Shown piece after piece: positions 46,733-57,271 of a stretch of DNA of 64,000 nucleotides. The stretch is from the NCBI GenBank assembly GCA_036341255.1, contig JAYYWX010000107.1, positions 15,320-79,319 on the forward strand, written 5' to 3'. The position numbers and the translations under genes were made by a program. Within the stretch, counting starts at the first letter, position 1; every line of letters begins with the position of its first letter. The notes below the pieces were generated by a model. That model saw only the letters and a list, made by a program, of their open reading frames with translations. It made no database searches and was not told where the DNA came from. The DNA comes from Actinomycetota bacterium (lineage in GTDB: Bacteria > Actinomycetota > Actinomycetes > Propionibacteriales > Nocardioidaceae).

Positions 46733-48015
46733 CACGCGGTCCCGAGCGCCTGCGCCTCGACGCCGCGTTGGCTGAGGCCGACGAGGCGGTGGTGCGGGCC
46801 AACGGCGAGGCCGAGTGGCTGAGCGCGACGTACCGGCTGCGTGACGTGTCCCGCGCCCTGCGGGTCGCGGCCAACTCCGGCCTGGGCATCGGCGGGCAGA
46901 CCGGGCCGGCCATGTTCAAGGCGATGCGTCGCTCCGCCGACCACCTCGACGAGCGGATCACCCTGTTCAACGAGGGACGCGAGGCACTCGGATCGGCCGC
47001 CGAGACGATCCGACGGGTCCGTGAGCAACGGGACCGGCTCGACACCGACCCCGAGACCGCCGCCCTCGCCGACCCCGGCGAGTTCCGCGACGACCCGGAG
47101 TGGAACGACGAGAAGCGACTGCGCGAGCAGAGCCGGCACACCGCGGCGGCCAGCGCCTTCGCCGACCGCGAGGCCCTGCGCGAGCAACGGGCCCGCGAGA
47201 TCGCCGAGGAGTTCGACCGGCGCTACGACGAGCCGATCGCGGTGATGAAGAAGATCCACGGCATCCCCGACCCCGAGCCGGAGACCGTCTCGGGCGACGG
47301 CGGTGCCGGCGGCGGTGGGCGGAGCTCCGTACCCGGCCCGCGCGGCGCCGGCGGCGGCCCCGGCGCGGGTGGCCTGCTCGGCGGCGTTCAGCACCCGCCG
47401 TACGTCGCCGACCCGGTGGGTCCTGGCGAGGGCACTGACCCGACCGGCGGGTCCGGCGAGGGTCCCGGAGGAACCGCGTCCGGCCCGGACGCAGGCGGTC
47501 AGCCCGCCGTCCTGACCTCATCGACACCGGTCGGCTCCGGCGGCGCCGGCGGCGCCGGAGGGACGGCGATCGGTGTCGGCCTCGGCGGTGGTGCCCTGCT
47601 GGGCGGCCTGGCGAAGTCCGGCGTGCTGCGCAGCCTCACCGGCGGCGCGCTCGTCGGCGGCCAGCAGGTGCGGGCGACGGCACGACCACAGACCCGACCA
47701 CTGGGCGGCCTGAGCCGCTCGGCGGTCTCCGGCACGCTCGGCCGCGGCTCCGCGGTCGGGGCGCCGGTCTCGGGACGGCCGGCGGCACGAGGTGGCGTGG
47801 GGGCCGCTTCGTCCGCCGGTCGGACCGCCACGGGACGCGGCACGGCCGCCGGAGCCGGGGGGCGCAGCGGCACCCGCGGGACGGGCGGTCGCGCCGGGGG
47901 GAGCCCCACCGCCGGGCGTCGACGCGACCGCGACGGGTCCGCGGACCACGAGCACTACGACGACGACGGCTCGGACTGGCTCGACGACGAGGCCGCCCCG
48001 GGCGTGCTGGGCTGA
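46729..48015 (+). CDS. EspB/PPE-like protein: helical N-terminus, Gly/Pro/Arg-rich tail
   Basis: ATGA overlap with the previous gene; charged helical first ~180 aa, low-complexity tail, ends DWLDDEAAPGVLG. Confidence 0.65.
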   Translation: MTRGPERLRLDAALAEADEAVVRANGEAEWLSATYRLRDVSRALRVAANSGLGIGGQTGPAMFKAMRRSADHLDERITLFNEGREALGSAAETIRRVREQRDRLDTDPETAALADPGEFRDDPEWNDEKRLREQSRHTAAASAFADREALREQRAREIAEEFDRRYDEPIAVMKKIHGIPDPEPETVSGDGGAGGGGRSSVPGPRGAGGGPGAGGLLGGVQHPPYVADPVGPGEGTDPTGGSGEGPGGTASGPDAGGQPAVLTSSTPVGSGGAGGAGGTAIGVGLGGGALLGGLAKSGVLRSLTGGALVGGQQVRATARPQTRPLGGLSRSAVSGTLGRGSAVGAPVSGRPAARGGVGAASSAGRTATGRGTAAGAGGRSGTRGTGGRAGGSPTAGRRRDRDGSADHEHYDDDGSDWLDDEAAPGVLG

Positions 48016-48180
48016 TCACCGTGCGGACCATCGGCCCGGGCTCGTGGGCCGGACGCGAAGAGGCGCCGACCGGACCGCTGGGGGGCAGACGTCCCGGCCG
48101 ACGCCGTACGCCCAGTGTGACACCTCCGATACCTCCAGGGGTAGTCGCCACGCGCCCGTCCCACCACGCGAACCGTCGCG

Positions 48181-49269
48181 GTGTCCTACCCTGACGCCGT
48201 GGAGCACGACAGCGACGACGCAGGCACCGGAGCCCCGAGCGTTCCGCGCCCGCCGGCGGGCGCTCCGGCCAACATGGCCGACGTCGCGCGCGTGGCCGGC
48301 GTCTCCATCGCGACCGTGTCGCGCGCGCTGCGTGACGTCCCGGGCGTCGGGGAGGCGACCCGCGACCGGGTGCGGAGGGTCGCCGAGGAGCTGTCCTACG
48401 TGATCTCCCCCGAGGCCAGCTCGCTCTCGCGCCGGGAGACCGGACGCGTCGCGGTGGTCATGCCGCGCATCGACGTGTGGTTCTACTCCACGATGCTCTC
48501 GGGCCTCGAGCGCGCCCTGCGCAGCGAGGGCATCGACGTGCTCGTCTACCAGGTCGACGGACCGTCGGAGCGGGGCGCCTTCGTCCGCGACCTGCCCGCC
48601 CGTCGCAAGGTCGACGCGGTCATCCTGGCCGCTCTCCCCCTCTCGCCCGAGCAGCGCGACCGTCTCGACCTGCTCGGGGTCCCGATGGTGATCGCCGGCG
48701 GCCAGGCGCGCGGACTTCCCCACGTCGACGTCGACGATCGGGCGATGGCGCGCGCGGCGGTCGACCGCCTCATCGCCGAGGGGCACCGCGACATCGCGAT
48801 GGTGCGCACCAGCGACACCGACGCCACCACGTGGGACGCCGATCTGCTGCGGGTCGCGGGCTACCGCGAGGCTCTCGCCGTCGCCGGCATCGAGGAGCGC
48901 CCCGAGCTGCTCGTCACCGAGGCCTACGGCGTGGACTCCGGCACCCGCGCGGTCGAGCGCCTGCTGGCCCTGGACCGTCCCCCGACCGCCGTCTTCGGCT
49001 ACTCCGACGAGATCGCCGCCGCGGTCGCGGTGGGGGCGCAGCGCCACGGCCTGAGCGTGCCGGAGGACCTGTCGGTCATCGGCGTCGACGGCCACCCGAT
49101 GGCCGAGCTGTTCGGCCTCAGCACGATGGACCAGAACGTCGAGCGCCAGGCCGAGGAGACCGCGGGGATCGCCGTGCGCCTGATCCGCGGCGAGCCGGGC
49201 ACCCGCTCGGTGCGGGTGCGGCACCGCTTCGTGGACCGCGGCTCGGTCCGGCCTCCCCGCGACGCGTAG
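48181..49269 (+). CDS. LacI-family transcriptional regulator
   Basis: MADVARVAGVSIATVSRAL, PTAVF..SDEIA, VPEDLSVIGVD; start may be 48199 or 48274. Confidence 0.93.
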   Translation: MSYPDAVEHDSDDAGTGAPSVPRPPAGAPANMADVARVAGVSIATVSRALRDVPGVGEATRDRVRRVAEELSYVISPEASSLSRRETGRVAVVMPRIDVWFYSTMLSGLERALRSEGIDVLVYQVDGPSERGAFVRDLPARRKVDAVILAALPLSPEQRDRLDLLGVPMVIAGGQARGLPHVDVDDRAMARAAVDRLIAEGHRDIAMVRTSDTDATTWDADLLRVAGYREALAVAGIEERPELLVTEAYGVDSGTRAVERLLALDRPPTAVFGYSDEIAAAVAVGAQRHGLSVPEDLSVIGVDGHPMAELFGLSTMDQNVERQAEETAGIAVRLIRGEPGTRSVRVRHRFVDRGSVRPPRDA

Positions 49270-49425
49270 GACCGGTCGTCGAGGGCGCGGCGCGCCGCGT
49301 CTTCACCCGCGTCCCCTTCCCAGGCTCGTCACCCGTCGCTAGCGTGCGAGCGCGCCTCGATGTGAGGCGGGCCACATCGGCCGTCCGGTGTGGCCCATCG
49401 CCGACTGCTCGGGAAAGGCCTGTCC

Positions 49426-50691
49426 ATGTCCTCGTCCTCGTCCTCGTCCTCGATCCGGCTCAGGTCAGGACTCGCGGTGCCCGCGGCGGTGCTGCTGCTC
49501 CTGGTCGCCCTGCTGACAGTGCTCACCAGCGGCGCCCTGCCCGGCACCCCCGCGCCCAGCGCCCGCGCGGACGGGCCCGGCGTCGGCACGCCGTACGTCG
49601 TCACCGTCGGTGACTCCTACATCTCCGGTGAGGCCGGCCGCTGGGCCGGGTCGTCGAACAGCAGCTCGTCGGCCGCCGACGCCCTGGGCTCCACGGCATA
49701 CTGGGACACCCCGAGCGGCGAGGCGATCAACCGCTGCCACCGCAGCAAGTCGGCGGAGGCGTTCATCGGTGCCGGCACCCTCGGCAAGAACCTCGCCTGC
49801 TCGGGTGCGAGGACCACCACCGACGCCTCCGGCAGCAACTTCAAGCCCGGGCTGGACTTCTACGACGACGGCGCCGGCAACATCGGCCAGGCCAAGGCGC
49901 TGCAGCAGTTCGCGTCCTCGCACAACGTCAAGCTCGTCGTCGTCTCGATCGGCGGCAACGACTTCAACTTCGCCGACATCGTCGCCACCTGCGTGGCGAA
50001 CTTCCTCTACTCCCCCAGCTGGTGGAAGGACTACTGCTACGACGACAGCTCGGTGACGTCGAACTTCACCACGGCCAACGTCAACACCGTCCGCTCGCGC
50101 ATCGCCACCGGCTTCACCCACCTGCGGACCGCCATGCGCAACGCCGGCTACGCCGACAACGCATGGACGCTCCTGGTGCAGACCTACCCCTCGCCGATCC
50201 CGAAGGCCTCCGGGTTCCGCTACTCCCAGAGCGGCTACACCCGGCAGAGCACCGGCGGCTGCGGCTTCTGGGACAAGGACGCCGACTGGGCCAACACCAG
50301 CGCGCTGCCCACGATCAACAACACCGTCAAGAGCGCCATCACCGCCTCGGGGCTGACCAACACCCGCACCCTCGACCTGGCCTCCGCCTTCAACGGCCGG
50401 CGCCTGTGCGAGACCGGTGTCGGGCTCTACGAGGAGAAGGGGCTGACCTCCTGGACCCAGCCCACCGCCGTGGACAGGACCGAGTGGATCAACCAGATCC
50501 GCACCGTCAGCACCTGCTGCTCCAACAGCCCCTACTACATCCAGGAGTCGCTGCACCCGAACTACTGGGCGCAGATGGCCACCCGCAGCTGTGTGCGACA
50601 GGCCTGGAACGGCGGAAGCCCGCGCGGCGGCTCCTGCTCGATCTCCGGCACGGGCCTGGTCGGCGGGGAGCCGCGGATGACGCTGCAGTAG
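49426..50691 (+). CDS. Secreted SGNH/GDSL hydrolase
   Basis: Signal peptide; VGDSYISGE, NLACSGA, SIGGND, ESLHPN; several Cys. Confidence 0.88.
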   Translation: MSSSSSSSSIRLRSGLAVPAAVLLLLVALLTVLTSGALPGTPAPSARADGPGVGTPYVVTVGDSYISGEAGRWAGSSNSSSSAADALGSTAYWDTPSGEAINRCHRSKSAEAFIGAGTLGKNLACSGARTTTDASGSNFKPGLDFYDDGAGNIGQAKALQQFASSHNVKLVVVSIGGNDFNFADIVATCVANFLYSPSWWKDYCYDDSSVTSNFTTANVNTVRSRIATGFTHLRTAMRNAGYADNAWTLLVQTYPSPIPKASGFRYSQSGYTRQSTGGCGFWDKDADWANTSALPTINNTVKSAITASGLTNTRTLDLASAFNGRRLCETGVGLYEEKGLTSWTQPTAVDRTEWINQIRTVSTCCSNSPYYIQESLHPNYWAQMATRSCVRQAWNGGSPRGGSCSISGTGLVGGEPRMTLQ

Positions 50692-50814
50692 CCACCGGAC
50701 CGGGTCCGGGGGTGCCCCGCACCGCCTGGTCCTCCACCGTGACGGACGGTCGGCTCGCCTCATGTCCAGCGGACGGGTTCCGCACTCCTGCCGCACGGGT
50801 GAGGATGGCAGGAC

Positions 50815-53800
50815 ATGATGGGTCCGACGGTTCCATCGGAAGGAGCAGGTGTGGGGCACTCCGCCTGGCTGGACTCGGTCGTCGAGGCGACGACCGACGG
50901 CCTGTGGGTGCTCGACCGTGACGGCACCACGGTCTGGGCCAACCCAGCCATGGCCAGGATGCTGGGGCGCGAGCCCGGCACGATGACCGGGCTGCCGGCC
51001 CACGAGGTGTTCCCGGCCGACCAGCGCGCGCGGGTGGACATGCACGTCTCGCTGCTGCGGCGCGGCACCCGGGGTCGTGACAACCTGCCCGTGACGCTGC
51101 GCCGCTCCGACACCGGCCGCGTCGACGGGCTGCTGAGCTACAGCCCGGTGCGTGAGGCCGGGCGGGTCACCGGGTGGTTGCACCGCTTCACGCCGTACGC
51201 CGTCACCACCCCCCGGCCGACCGCGCCGACCGCCGCTCCCACTGCGCGCTCGGTCCCGGCGGCCCCGGTGGCCGACCCCGAGGCGGGGGCCCGGGCCCGC
51301 CAGCTCAGCGAGGCCCAGGAGATCGCGGGCATCGGGTCCTTCACCTGGGACCTCGAGACCGGTCTGGTCACCTGGTCCGAGCAGCTGCACCGCCTCTACG
51401 GCGTGCCGCCCGAGGAGTTCGACGGCACCTTCGACGGGTTCGCCGCGTGCCTGCACCCCGACGACCGGGAGCACGTCCGCGCCGTCACCGAGGCCGCGCT
51501 GCGCGAGCGGGACTCCTTCGAGTTCGACGCCAGGGTCCTGCGGCCCGACGGCGACGTGCGCTGGATGCACGGCCGCTGCCGCATCACGCGCGACCCCGCG
51601 ACCGGGCGCCCGGTGCGCATGGACGGCACCAACCAGGACATCACCGAGGTCCGGCGCGCCGAGGTCTCGGCCAGCGCCTCGTCGCGCCGGCTGCGCCTGA
51701 TGCAGCAGATGGCGACCGCCGCGAACCGCGCCCGGACGCTCGTGGAGGCCATCGAGGTCGCCGCGGTGCGACTGCCGGAGCACACCGGCTGGCAGCCCGT
51801 CGCCGGGTGGCTGGTCAGCGCCGCCGGCGGACCCCCTCAGGACCGGGTCGCGGAGCTCCAGCAGGTCTACCCCGCGACCCCCGACCGCCCGGCCGCCACC
51901 GACCTGGCCGAGCAGTGCCTCGTCGACGGACGGGTCGCCCAGGACGCGCGCTCGATCGAGGGCCGCACCTTCTCCCGGGTCGCCCTCCCGGTGGTCGTGG
52001 AGGAGGAGGTCGTCGCGGTCCTGGAGGTGCTCGCCGACGAGGCGCCGCTCTCCGAGCCGGCCCACGACCTCGTGCAGCAGGTGGCCGCCCAGCTCGGCGT
52101 CGTCGCCGAGCGGGAGCGCGCGGCCGAGGCGCTGGCCGACGCCCGCGACCGGGCGATGGAGGCCTCGCGGATGAAGTCGGAGTTCCTGGCCACGATGAGC
52201 CACGAGATCCGCACCCCGATGAACGGCGTGATCGGCCTCAACGAGCTGCTGCTGCGCACCGACCTCGACGACCACCAGCGACGACTCGCCGATGGGGTCC
52301 ACCAGTCGGGCCTGTCGCTGCTGGCGATCATCAACGACATCCTCGACCTCTCCAAGATCGAGGCCGGCAAGCTGGAGCTCGAGGACGTCGACTTCGAGGT
52401 GCGCAGCGTCTTCGAGCAGACCGCCTCCGTGCTGGCGAGCCCCGCCCACGAGAAGGGGATCGAGCTGGTCGTCGCCTGCCACCCCGACGTCCCGGACTAC
52501 CTGCGCGGCGACCCCACGAGGCTGGGGCAGGTCCTCACCAACCTCGGCTCCAACGCCGTGAAGTTCACCGAGCACGGCGAGGTGTCGGTCCAGGCGCACG
52601 TCGAGTCCGCGGTCGACGGCCGGGTGGTGCTGCGCGTCGACGTCACCGACACCGGCATCGGCATCCCCGCCGCAGCGCAGGCCACCCTCTTCGACGCCTT
52701 CATCCAGGCCGACCTGGCCACCACCCGTCGTCACGGCGGCACCGGGCTGGGGCTGGCGATCTGCCAGCAGCTCGTCGAGGCGATGGGCGGCCGGATCTGG
52801 GTGGACTCCGCCCCCGGCAAGGGGTCGACCTTCTCCTTCACCGCCGACCTGGAGCGCACTCAGGTGCCGCCTCGCCTGCGGGCCCCGGCGGAGTCGCTCG
52901 AGGGCCAGCGGGTGCTGATCGTCGACGACAACGAGACCAACCGCTTCATCCTCACCGAGCAGCTGTCGGCCTGGCAGCTGCAGCCGGTCGCCGTCGCCAC
53001 GCCCGCCGAGTGCCTCTCCACGCTGCGCGAGGCCCAGCGTGCCGGGCGGCCCTTCACCGTGGCGCTGCTCGACCTCGTCCTGCCCCGCATCGACGGCCTG
53101 GAGCTGGCGCGCATCATCAAGGCCGACCCCGCGCTGCGCGACCTGACGCTGGTGCTGCTGACCTCCGACCAGGGCGTCGGGGCGCGCACGGCCCGCGAGG
53201 CAGGCATCGCCACCACCCTGTCCAAGCCGGTCCGCCACTCCGAGCTGCTCGAGGCCCTGCTGCGCCTGGTGGGGCAGCCCGAGGAGTCCGCGCCCCGGGC
53301 ACCGCGTCGCCTGGTCGTGCCCTCGCTCGACCTCTCGGTGCTCGTCGTCGAGGACAACCCGGTCAACCAGCTGGTGGCCACGGGCCTGCTGGAGGCTCTC
53401 GGGGTCCGGGTCGAGATCGCCGACGACGGCGAGGCCGCCATCGACGCCCTCAAGGGCGACCACGGCTTCGCGCTGGTGCTGATGGACTGCCGGATGCCGG
53501 GCATCGACGGCTTCGACGCCACCCGGGCCATCCGCGCCGCCGAGCCGGCCGGCGAGCGGGTGCCCATCATCGCGATGACCGCCTCGGCGCTGGAGGGTGA
53601 GCGCGAGCGCTGCCTCGACGCCGGGATGGACGACTTCCTCACCAAGCCGGTCGACCCCACGCAGCTGGAGGAGGTCGTCCAGCGCTGGACCAAGCGCTCG
53701 GGGCCCGCCTCCGACAGCCAGCAGCACGAGCAGCAGCTCGAGCAGCGTGACCAGCGGGAGCGGCCACCCGTGGTCGACGCGGCGGCTCCGAGCGCCTCCA

Positions 53801-54198
53801 CGGAGGAGCCCACGGCGACAGGGCTCCGGTCCTCCGGTGTCGTCGACCCGGAGCTGGTCGTCATCGACGAGGACCGCCGTCAGCTGCTGGCCGAGCTGGT
53901 GAAGGACGGCGAGAGCTTCTTCGACCGGACCGCCCGCTCCTTCGTCGGCCGCATCGACGGCCAGGTCCGCGACATCCGCGCCGCCCACCGCAAGGGCAGC
54001 GCGCACGAGACCTTCACCAGCTCCCACCTCGTCAAGGGCAGTGCGCTCAACCTCGGCCTGCCCCGGGTCTCCGCGGCAGCCGCGGCGATCGAGGCGCAGG
54101 CGCACACCGGCTCCTTGACCGGCGTCCAGGAGATGCTCGACGAGCTCGACCGCGAGGTGGCCACGGCCGTCACCGAGCTGCGCCGGAGACTGCGCTGA
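50815..54198 (+). CDS. Hybrid (unorthodox) histidine kinase: PAS-PAS-GAF-like-HisKA-HATPase-REC-REC-Hpt
   Basis: LHPDDRE; SHEIRTPMN, NAVKFT, GGTGLGL; VDDNETN..LLDLVLP; VEDNPVN..LMDCRMP..LTKPV; Hpt HLVKGSA. Confidence 0.94.
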   Translation: MMGPTVPSEGAGVGHSAWLDSVVEATTDGLWVLDRDGTTVWANPAMARMLGREPGTMTGLPAHEVFPADQRARVDMHVSLLRRGTRGRDNLPVTLRRSDTGRVDGLLSYSPVREAGRVTGWLHRFTPYAVTTPRPTAPTAAPTARSVPAAPVADPEAGARARQLSEAQEIAGIGSFTWDLETGLVTWSEQLHRLYGVPPEEFDGTFDGFAACLHPDDREHVRAVTEAALRERDSFEFDARVLRPDGDVRWMHGRCRITRDPATGRPVRMDGTNQDITEVRRAEVSASASSRRLRLMQQMATAANRARTLVEAIEVAAVRLPEHTGWQPVAGWLVSAAGGPPQDRVAELQQVYPATPDRPAATDLAEQCLVDGRVAQDARSIEGRTFSRVALPVVVEEEVVAVLEVLADEAPLSEPAHDLVQQVAAQLGVVAERERAAEALADARDRAMEASRMKSEFLATMSHEIRTPMNGVIGLNELLLRTDLDDHQRRLADGVHQSGLSLLAIINDILDLSKIEAGKLELEDVDFEVRSVFEQTASVLASPAHEKGIELVVACHPDVPDYLRGDPTRLGQVLTNLGSNAVKFTEHGEVSVQAHVESAVDGRVVLRVDVTDTGIGIPAAAQATLFDAFIQADLATTRRHGGTGLGLAICQQLVEAMGGRIWVDSAPGKGSTFSFTADLERTQVPPRLRAPAESLEGQRVLIVDDNETNRFILTEQLSAWQLQPVAVATPAECLSTLREAQRAGRPFTVALLDLVLPRIDGLELARIIKADPALRDLTLVLLTSDQGVGARTAREAGIATTLSKPVRHSELLEALLRLVGQPEESAPRAPRRLVVPSLDLSVLVVEDNPVNQLVATGLLEALGVRVEIADDGEAAIDALKGDHGFALVLMDCRMPGIDGFDATRAIRAAEPAGERVPIIAMTASALEGERERCLDAGMDDFLTKPVDPTQLEEVVQRWTKRSGPASDSQQHEQQLEQRDQRERPPVVDAAAPSASTEEPTATGLRSSGVVDPELVVIDEDRRQLLAELVKDGESFFDRTARSFVGRIDGQVRDIRAAHRKGSAHETFTSSHLVKGSALNLGLPRVSAAAAAIEAQAHTGSLTGVQEMLDELDREVATAVTELRRRLR

Positions 54199-54239
54199 TC
54201 AGCGACCCCCTCGGCCTGCGCTACGAGGAGGTCGCCCGG

Positions 54240-55610
54240 GTGCGCCCCGTCGACCCGGTCAGCGCGGTCGACCGACCCGTGTCACGCACGCTGCCCGGGC
54301 GCACGTCGGTCACCCCGCTGCCGCGCCGCGCGCCCTACGCGGCCGTCCGAGCCGGTCTCGTGGACCGCGAGCCGCTGGCCCTCAGCCTCGCCGGGCCCGA
54401 CCTGCTGCTGCGCGCCGCGTACGACGGTGAGCACTGCCGCCTCGAGCTCGACGGCGTCACGGGGCCGGTGGTGCTGCGCAGCCGCCGCGACGGGCGCGCG
54501 GGGGACGCAGCGGCGCTGGCGCTGTGCCTGACCGGCACACACGCCGCCGTGCTGACCCAGGACCACGAGGGCGGCCCGTGGACCGGTCGCGCTCGTGTCG
54601 ACCTGGCCACCAGCCACCCTCGGGCCGCGCGGCTGACCCGTAGCCCCACGTGGCTCGAGGACCTGCAGGTCGGCCACGACGGAGCGGCGACCGCGCTGGT
54701 GGCCGGCGGCTTCGGCCAGCTCGGGCTGCGCGACCTGCGCCTGGTCACGCACGCCGACGGCCGCCCCTACGACGACGGCTCCGGTCGGCTCCACCTGACC
54801 GCCACCAGCGCCGGGCCGGGACCCTTCGGCACCGGCCACACCTCGGTGTGGGCGTTCGACCCCGCGCGGGTCGGGTCCGGTGCGGGAGCGCCCGAGGCGG
54901 GGCTGCTGACTCACACGGCAGACCTGTTCGTCCGTCGCCGCGGCAGCAGCGCGGTGCTCGGCGACCACGCCGGCCACCTGCTGCGCGACGACGACGCCTG
55001 GTTGCTGGCGACCAGCACCTGGGGCGACTTCGACCCCGACCGCCACGACGCGTCGGTGGGGGTGACCCTCGCCGAGACCGACGTCGACCTGCTGCACGGC
55101 GTCCACGTCGTCTCCGGCGAGCCGCTCCCGCTCCCGGCCGACGACCCGTCCGTCGGTGTCTGGGACCCGCACCTGCTGCGCACGGACGACGGCTGGCTGG
55201 TCGGCTACGTCAGCGCCACGCGGTTCTTCCGGTTCCACCCCGTCATCGCCGCCGGTCCCGACCTCGACTCCCTGGCGCTGCGCGCCGCCGACCCGTTCCG
55301 CCGCGCCTCGGAGGGCACCACCCTGCTCACCCTGCACGGCGGCGCCGGGTCGCCGCGGACCATCGTGCTGGTCTCCGACGGTCGCGACGGCCCGCGCGCG
55401 GCACGGGAGCAGTGGGCCGTCCTCGACCCCGACCTGCGCCCCCGGGGCGTGCTCGAGGCGGCGTACCCGACGAACATCCCGTGGCCGACGCTGGTGCCGC
55501 ACGGCGAGGACTGGCTGGTGGTCACCTTCGACGACACCCGCCAGGGCGGACGGGTGTGCGGCTACGGCACCCACGGCGACGTCGTGGTGATGCGCGGGAG
55601 GCAGCACTAG
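54240..55610 (+). CDS. Hypothetical protein, possibly a beta-propeller hydrolase
   Basis: Long GC3-rich ORF filling the gap; motifs GLRDLR, LATSTWGDF, VWDPHL, EGTT, YGTHG; start uncertain. Confidence 0.7.
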   Translation: MRPVDPVSAVDRPVSRTLPGRTSVTPLPRRAPYAAVRAGLVDREPLALSLAGPDLLLRAAYDGEHCRLELDGVTGPVVLRSRRDGRAGDAAALALCLTGTHAAVLTQDHEGGPWTGRARVDLATSHPRAARLTRSPTWLEDLQVGHDGAATALVAGGFGQLGLRDLRLVTHADGRPYDDGSGRLHLTATSAGPGPFGTGHTSVWAFDPARVGSGAGAPEAGLLTHTADLFVRRRGSSAVLGDHAGHLLRDDDAWLLATSTWGDFDPDRHDASVGVTLAETDVDLLHGVHVVSGEPLPLPADDPSVGVWDPHLLRTDDGWLVGYVSATRFFRFHPVIAAGPDLDSLALRAADPFRRASEGTTLLTLHGGAGSPRTIVLVSDGRDGPRAAREQWAVLDPDLRPRGVLEAAYPTNIPWPTLVPHGEDWLVVTFDDTRQGGRVCGYGTHGDVVVMRGRQH

Positions 55611-55690
55611 GCTGGAGCGTGATCCGCGCCACCCCTGCGGGTCGTCCACCCGGTCGCACCACCCCCGCGGCCCGACAGAGAGCCTGACCC

Positions 55691-56809
55691 ATGAGCACCT
55701 CATCCAGCACCAGCACCGCCCCCGGCAGCACGCCCGTCGACGTCTTCGAGCTCGGCTCCGAGCACGAGCAGGTCGTCTTCTGCACCGACGAGGCCACCGG
55801 GCTGCGCGCGATCGTCGCGATCCACTCCACCGCGCTGGGCCCCGCCCTCGGCGGCACCCGGTTCTACCCCTACGCCAGCACCGACGCCGCCGTGCGCGAC
55901 GTCCTCGACCTCTCCCGCGGCATGACCTACAAGGCCGCGGTCGCCGGGCTCGACCTCGGCGGCGGCAAGGCCGTCATCCTGGGCGACCCGGCCACGCTGA
56001 AGTCGGAGGCGCTGCTGCGCGCCTACGGCAGGTTCGTCCAGAGCCTCGGCGGCCGCTACCGCACGGCCTGCGACATCGGCACCTTCAGCCCCGACATGGA
56101 CCACGTGGCCCGCGAGTGCGACTTCGTCACCGGCCGCACGCTCGCCCACGGCGGCGCCGGGGACAGCTCGGTGCTGACGGCGTACGGCGTGTTCCAGGGC
56201 ATGCGCGCCGCCGCCGAGTCCGTGTGGGGCTCGACGTCGTTGGCCGGCCGCACCGTCGGCGTGGCGGGCGTCGGCAAGGTCGGTCGCCACCTGGTCGGCC
56301 ACCTGGTGGAGGACGGCGCCGACGTCGTGGTCACCGACGTGCACGCGCCGGCCGTCGACGCGGTGCTCGCCGAGCACCCGGGCGTGCGCGCGGTCGCCTC
56401 GACCGAGGCGCTCGTCGCGGGCGCGCTCGACGTCTACGCGCCCTGCGCCATGGGCGGGGCGATCACCGACGAGGTCGTCGACACCCTCAGCGCGAAGGTC
56501 GTCTGCGGCGCGGCCAACAACCAGCTGGCGCACCCCGGCGTCGAGAAGCACCTGATGGACGCGGGCATCACCTACGCCCCCGACTACGTCGTCAACGCAG
56601 GCGGCCTGATCCAGGTCGCCGACGAGCTCGACCCGCGCGGGTTCTCCTTCGAGCGCGCGCAGCAGCGCGCGAGCGGCATCCTGGAGACCACGCGACGCAT
56701 CCTCGCGCTCGCCGACGACGAGCGCGTCTCGCCGGCCGTGGCCGCGGACCGCATCGCCGAGGAGCGGATCCGGAGCGTGGGCCGTCTGCGGTCGATCTGG
56801 GTCGGCTGA
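55691..56809 (+). CDS. Leu/Val/Phe dehydrogenase
   Basis: [42 protein letters not shown]. Confidence 0.95.
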   Translation: MSTSSSTSTAPGSTPVDVFELGSEHEQVVFCTDEATGLRAIVAIHSTALGPALGGTRFYPYASTDAAVRDVLDLSRGMTYKAAVAGLDLGGGKAVILGDPATLKSEALLRAYGRFVQSLGGRYRTACDIGTFSPDMDHVARECDFVTGRTLAHGGAGDSSVLTAYGVFQGMRAAAESVWGSTSLAGRTVGVAGVGKVGRHLVGHLVEDGADVVVTDVHAPAVDAVLAEHPGVRAVASTEALVAGALDVYAPCAMGGAITDEVVDTLSAKVVCGAANNQLAHPGVEKHLMDAGITYAPDYVVNAGGLIQVADELDPRGFSFERAQQRASGILETTRRILALADDERVSPAVAADRIAEERIRSVGRLRSIWVG

Positions 56810-56939
56810 GCCGCACCACCCGCAGCGGCGTCGACCGCCGAGGCGGCGAGCACGCGCACCGACCGCGGGTGATCCGTGCCGGGCCCCGAGGGCGCGGGAC
56901 GGCTCACCCGCAGGTCAGCGCGTCAGGAGTCGCGAGAGG

Positions 56940-57119
56940 TCAATCGCGGCGAGGGTCGGCGTAGTCCGACCACTCGTCGTGATCGTCCTGAGCGACGTCA
57001 TCGGAGGCATCGCCCCCGTGGAGCTCTCGCGCCAGCGCACCCAAGTCCGTCTCGTGAGTCCGGTACTTGAGTTCGCGAGCGACCTTGGTCTGCTTGGCTT
57101 TTGCACGGCCGCGGCCCAT
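56940..57119 (-). CDS. DUF3073 family protein
   Basis: MGRGRAKAKQTKVARELKY; usual position downstream of purM. Confidence 0.92.
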   Translation of the reverse strand: MGRGRAKAKQTKVARELKYRTHETDLGALARELHGGDASDDVAQDDHDEWSDYADPRRD

Positions 57120-57271
57120 AGGGTCCAGCCCCCTCGCACACTTGGCCGGGGCACTGAGGCTCCCGGGCTGTCTCTCGAATACTCGTGGCCCCAACGCTAC
57201 CTGCTGGGTGGCTGTTCCCGCACACCCCTCCCCGGATTGGTCCGCGTGGCGTGGGTCGCGCGTCGGCGGGC

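Noticed and set aside
49428-49452. (TCCTCG)n poly-Ser repeat, and a 12-bp repeat near 5572-5600
   Set aside because: Short in-frame low-complexity N-terminal linkers with no evident function.
49465-54105. 1546-aa minus-strand ORF
   Set aside because: Antisense shadow of the SGNH hydrolase and the hybrid kinase.
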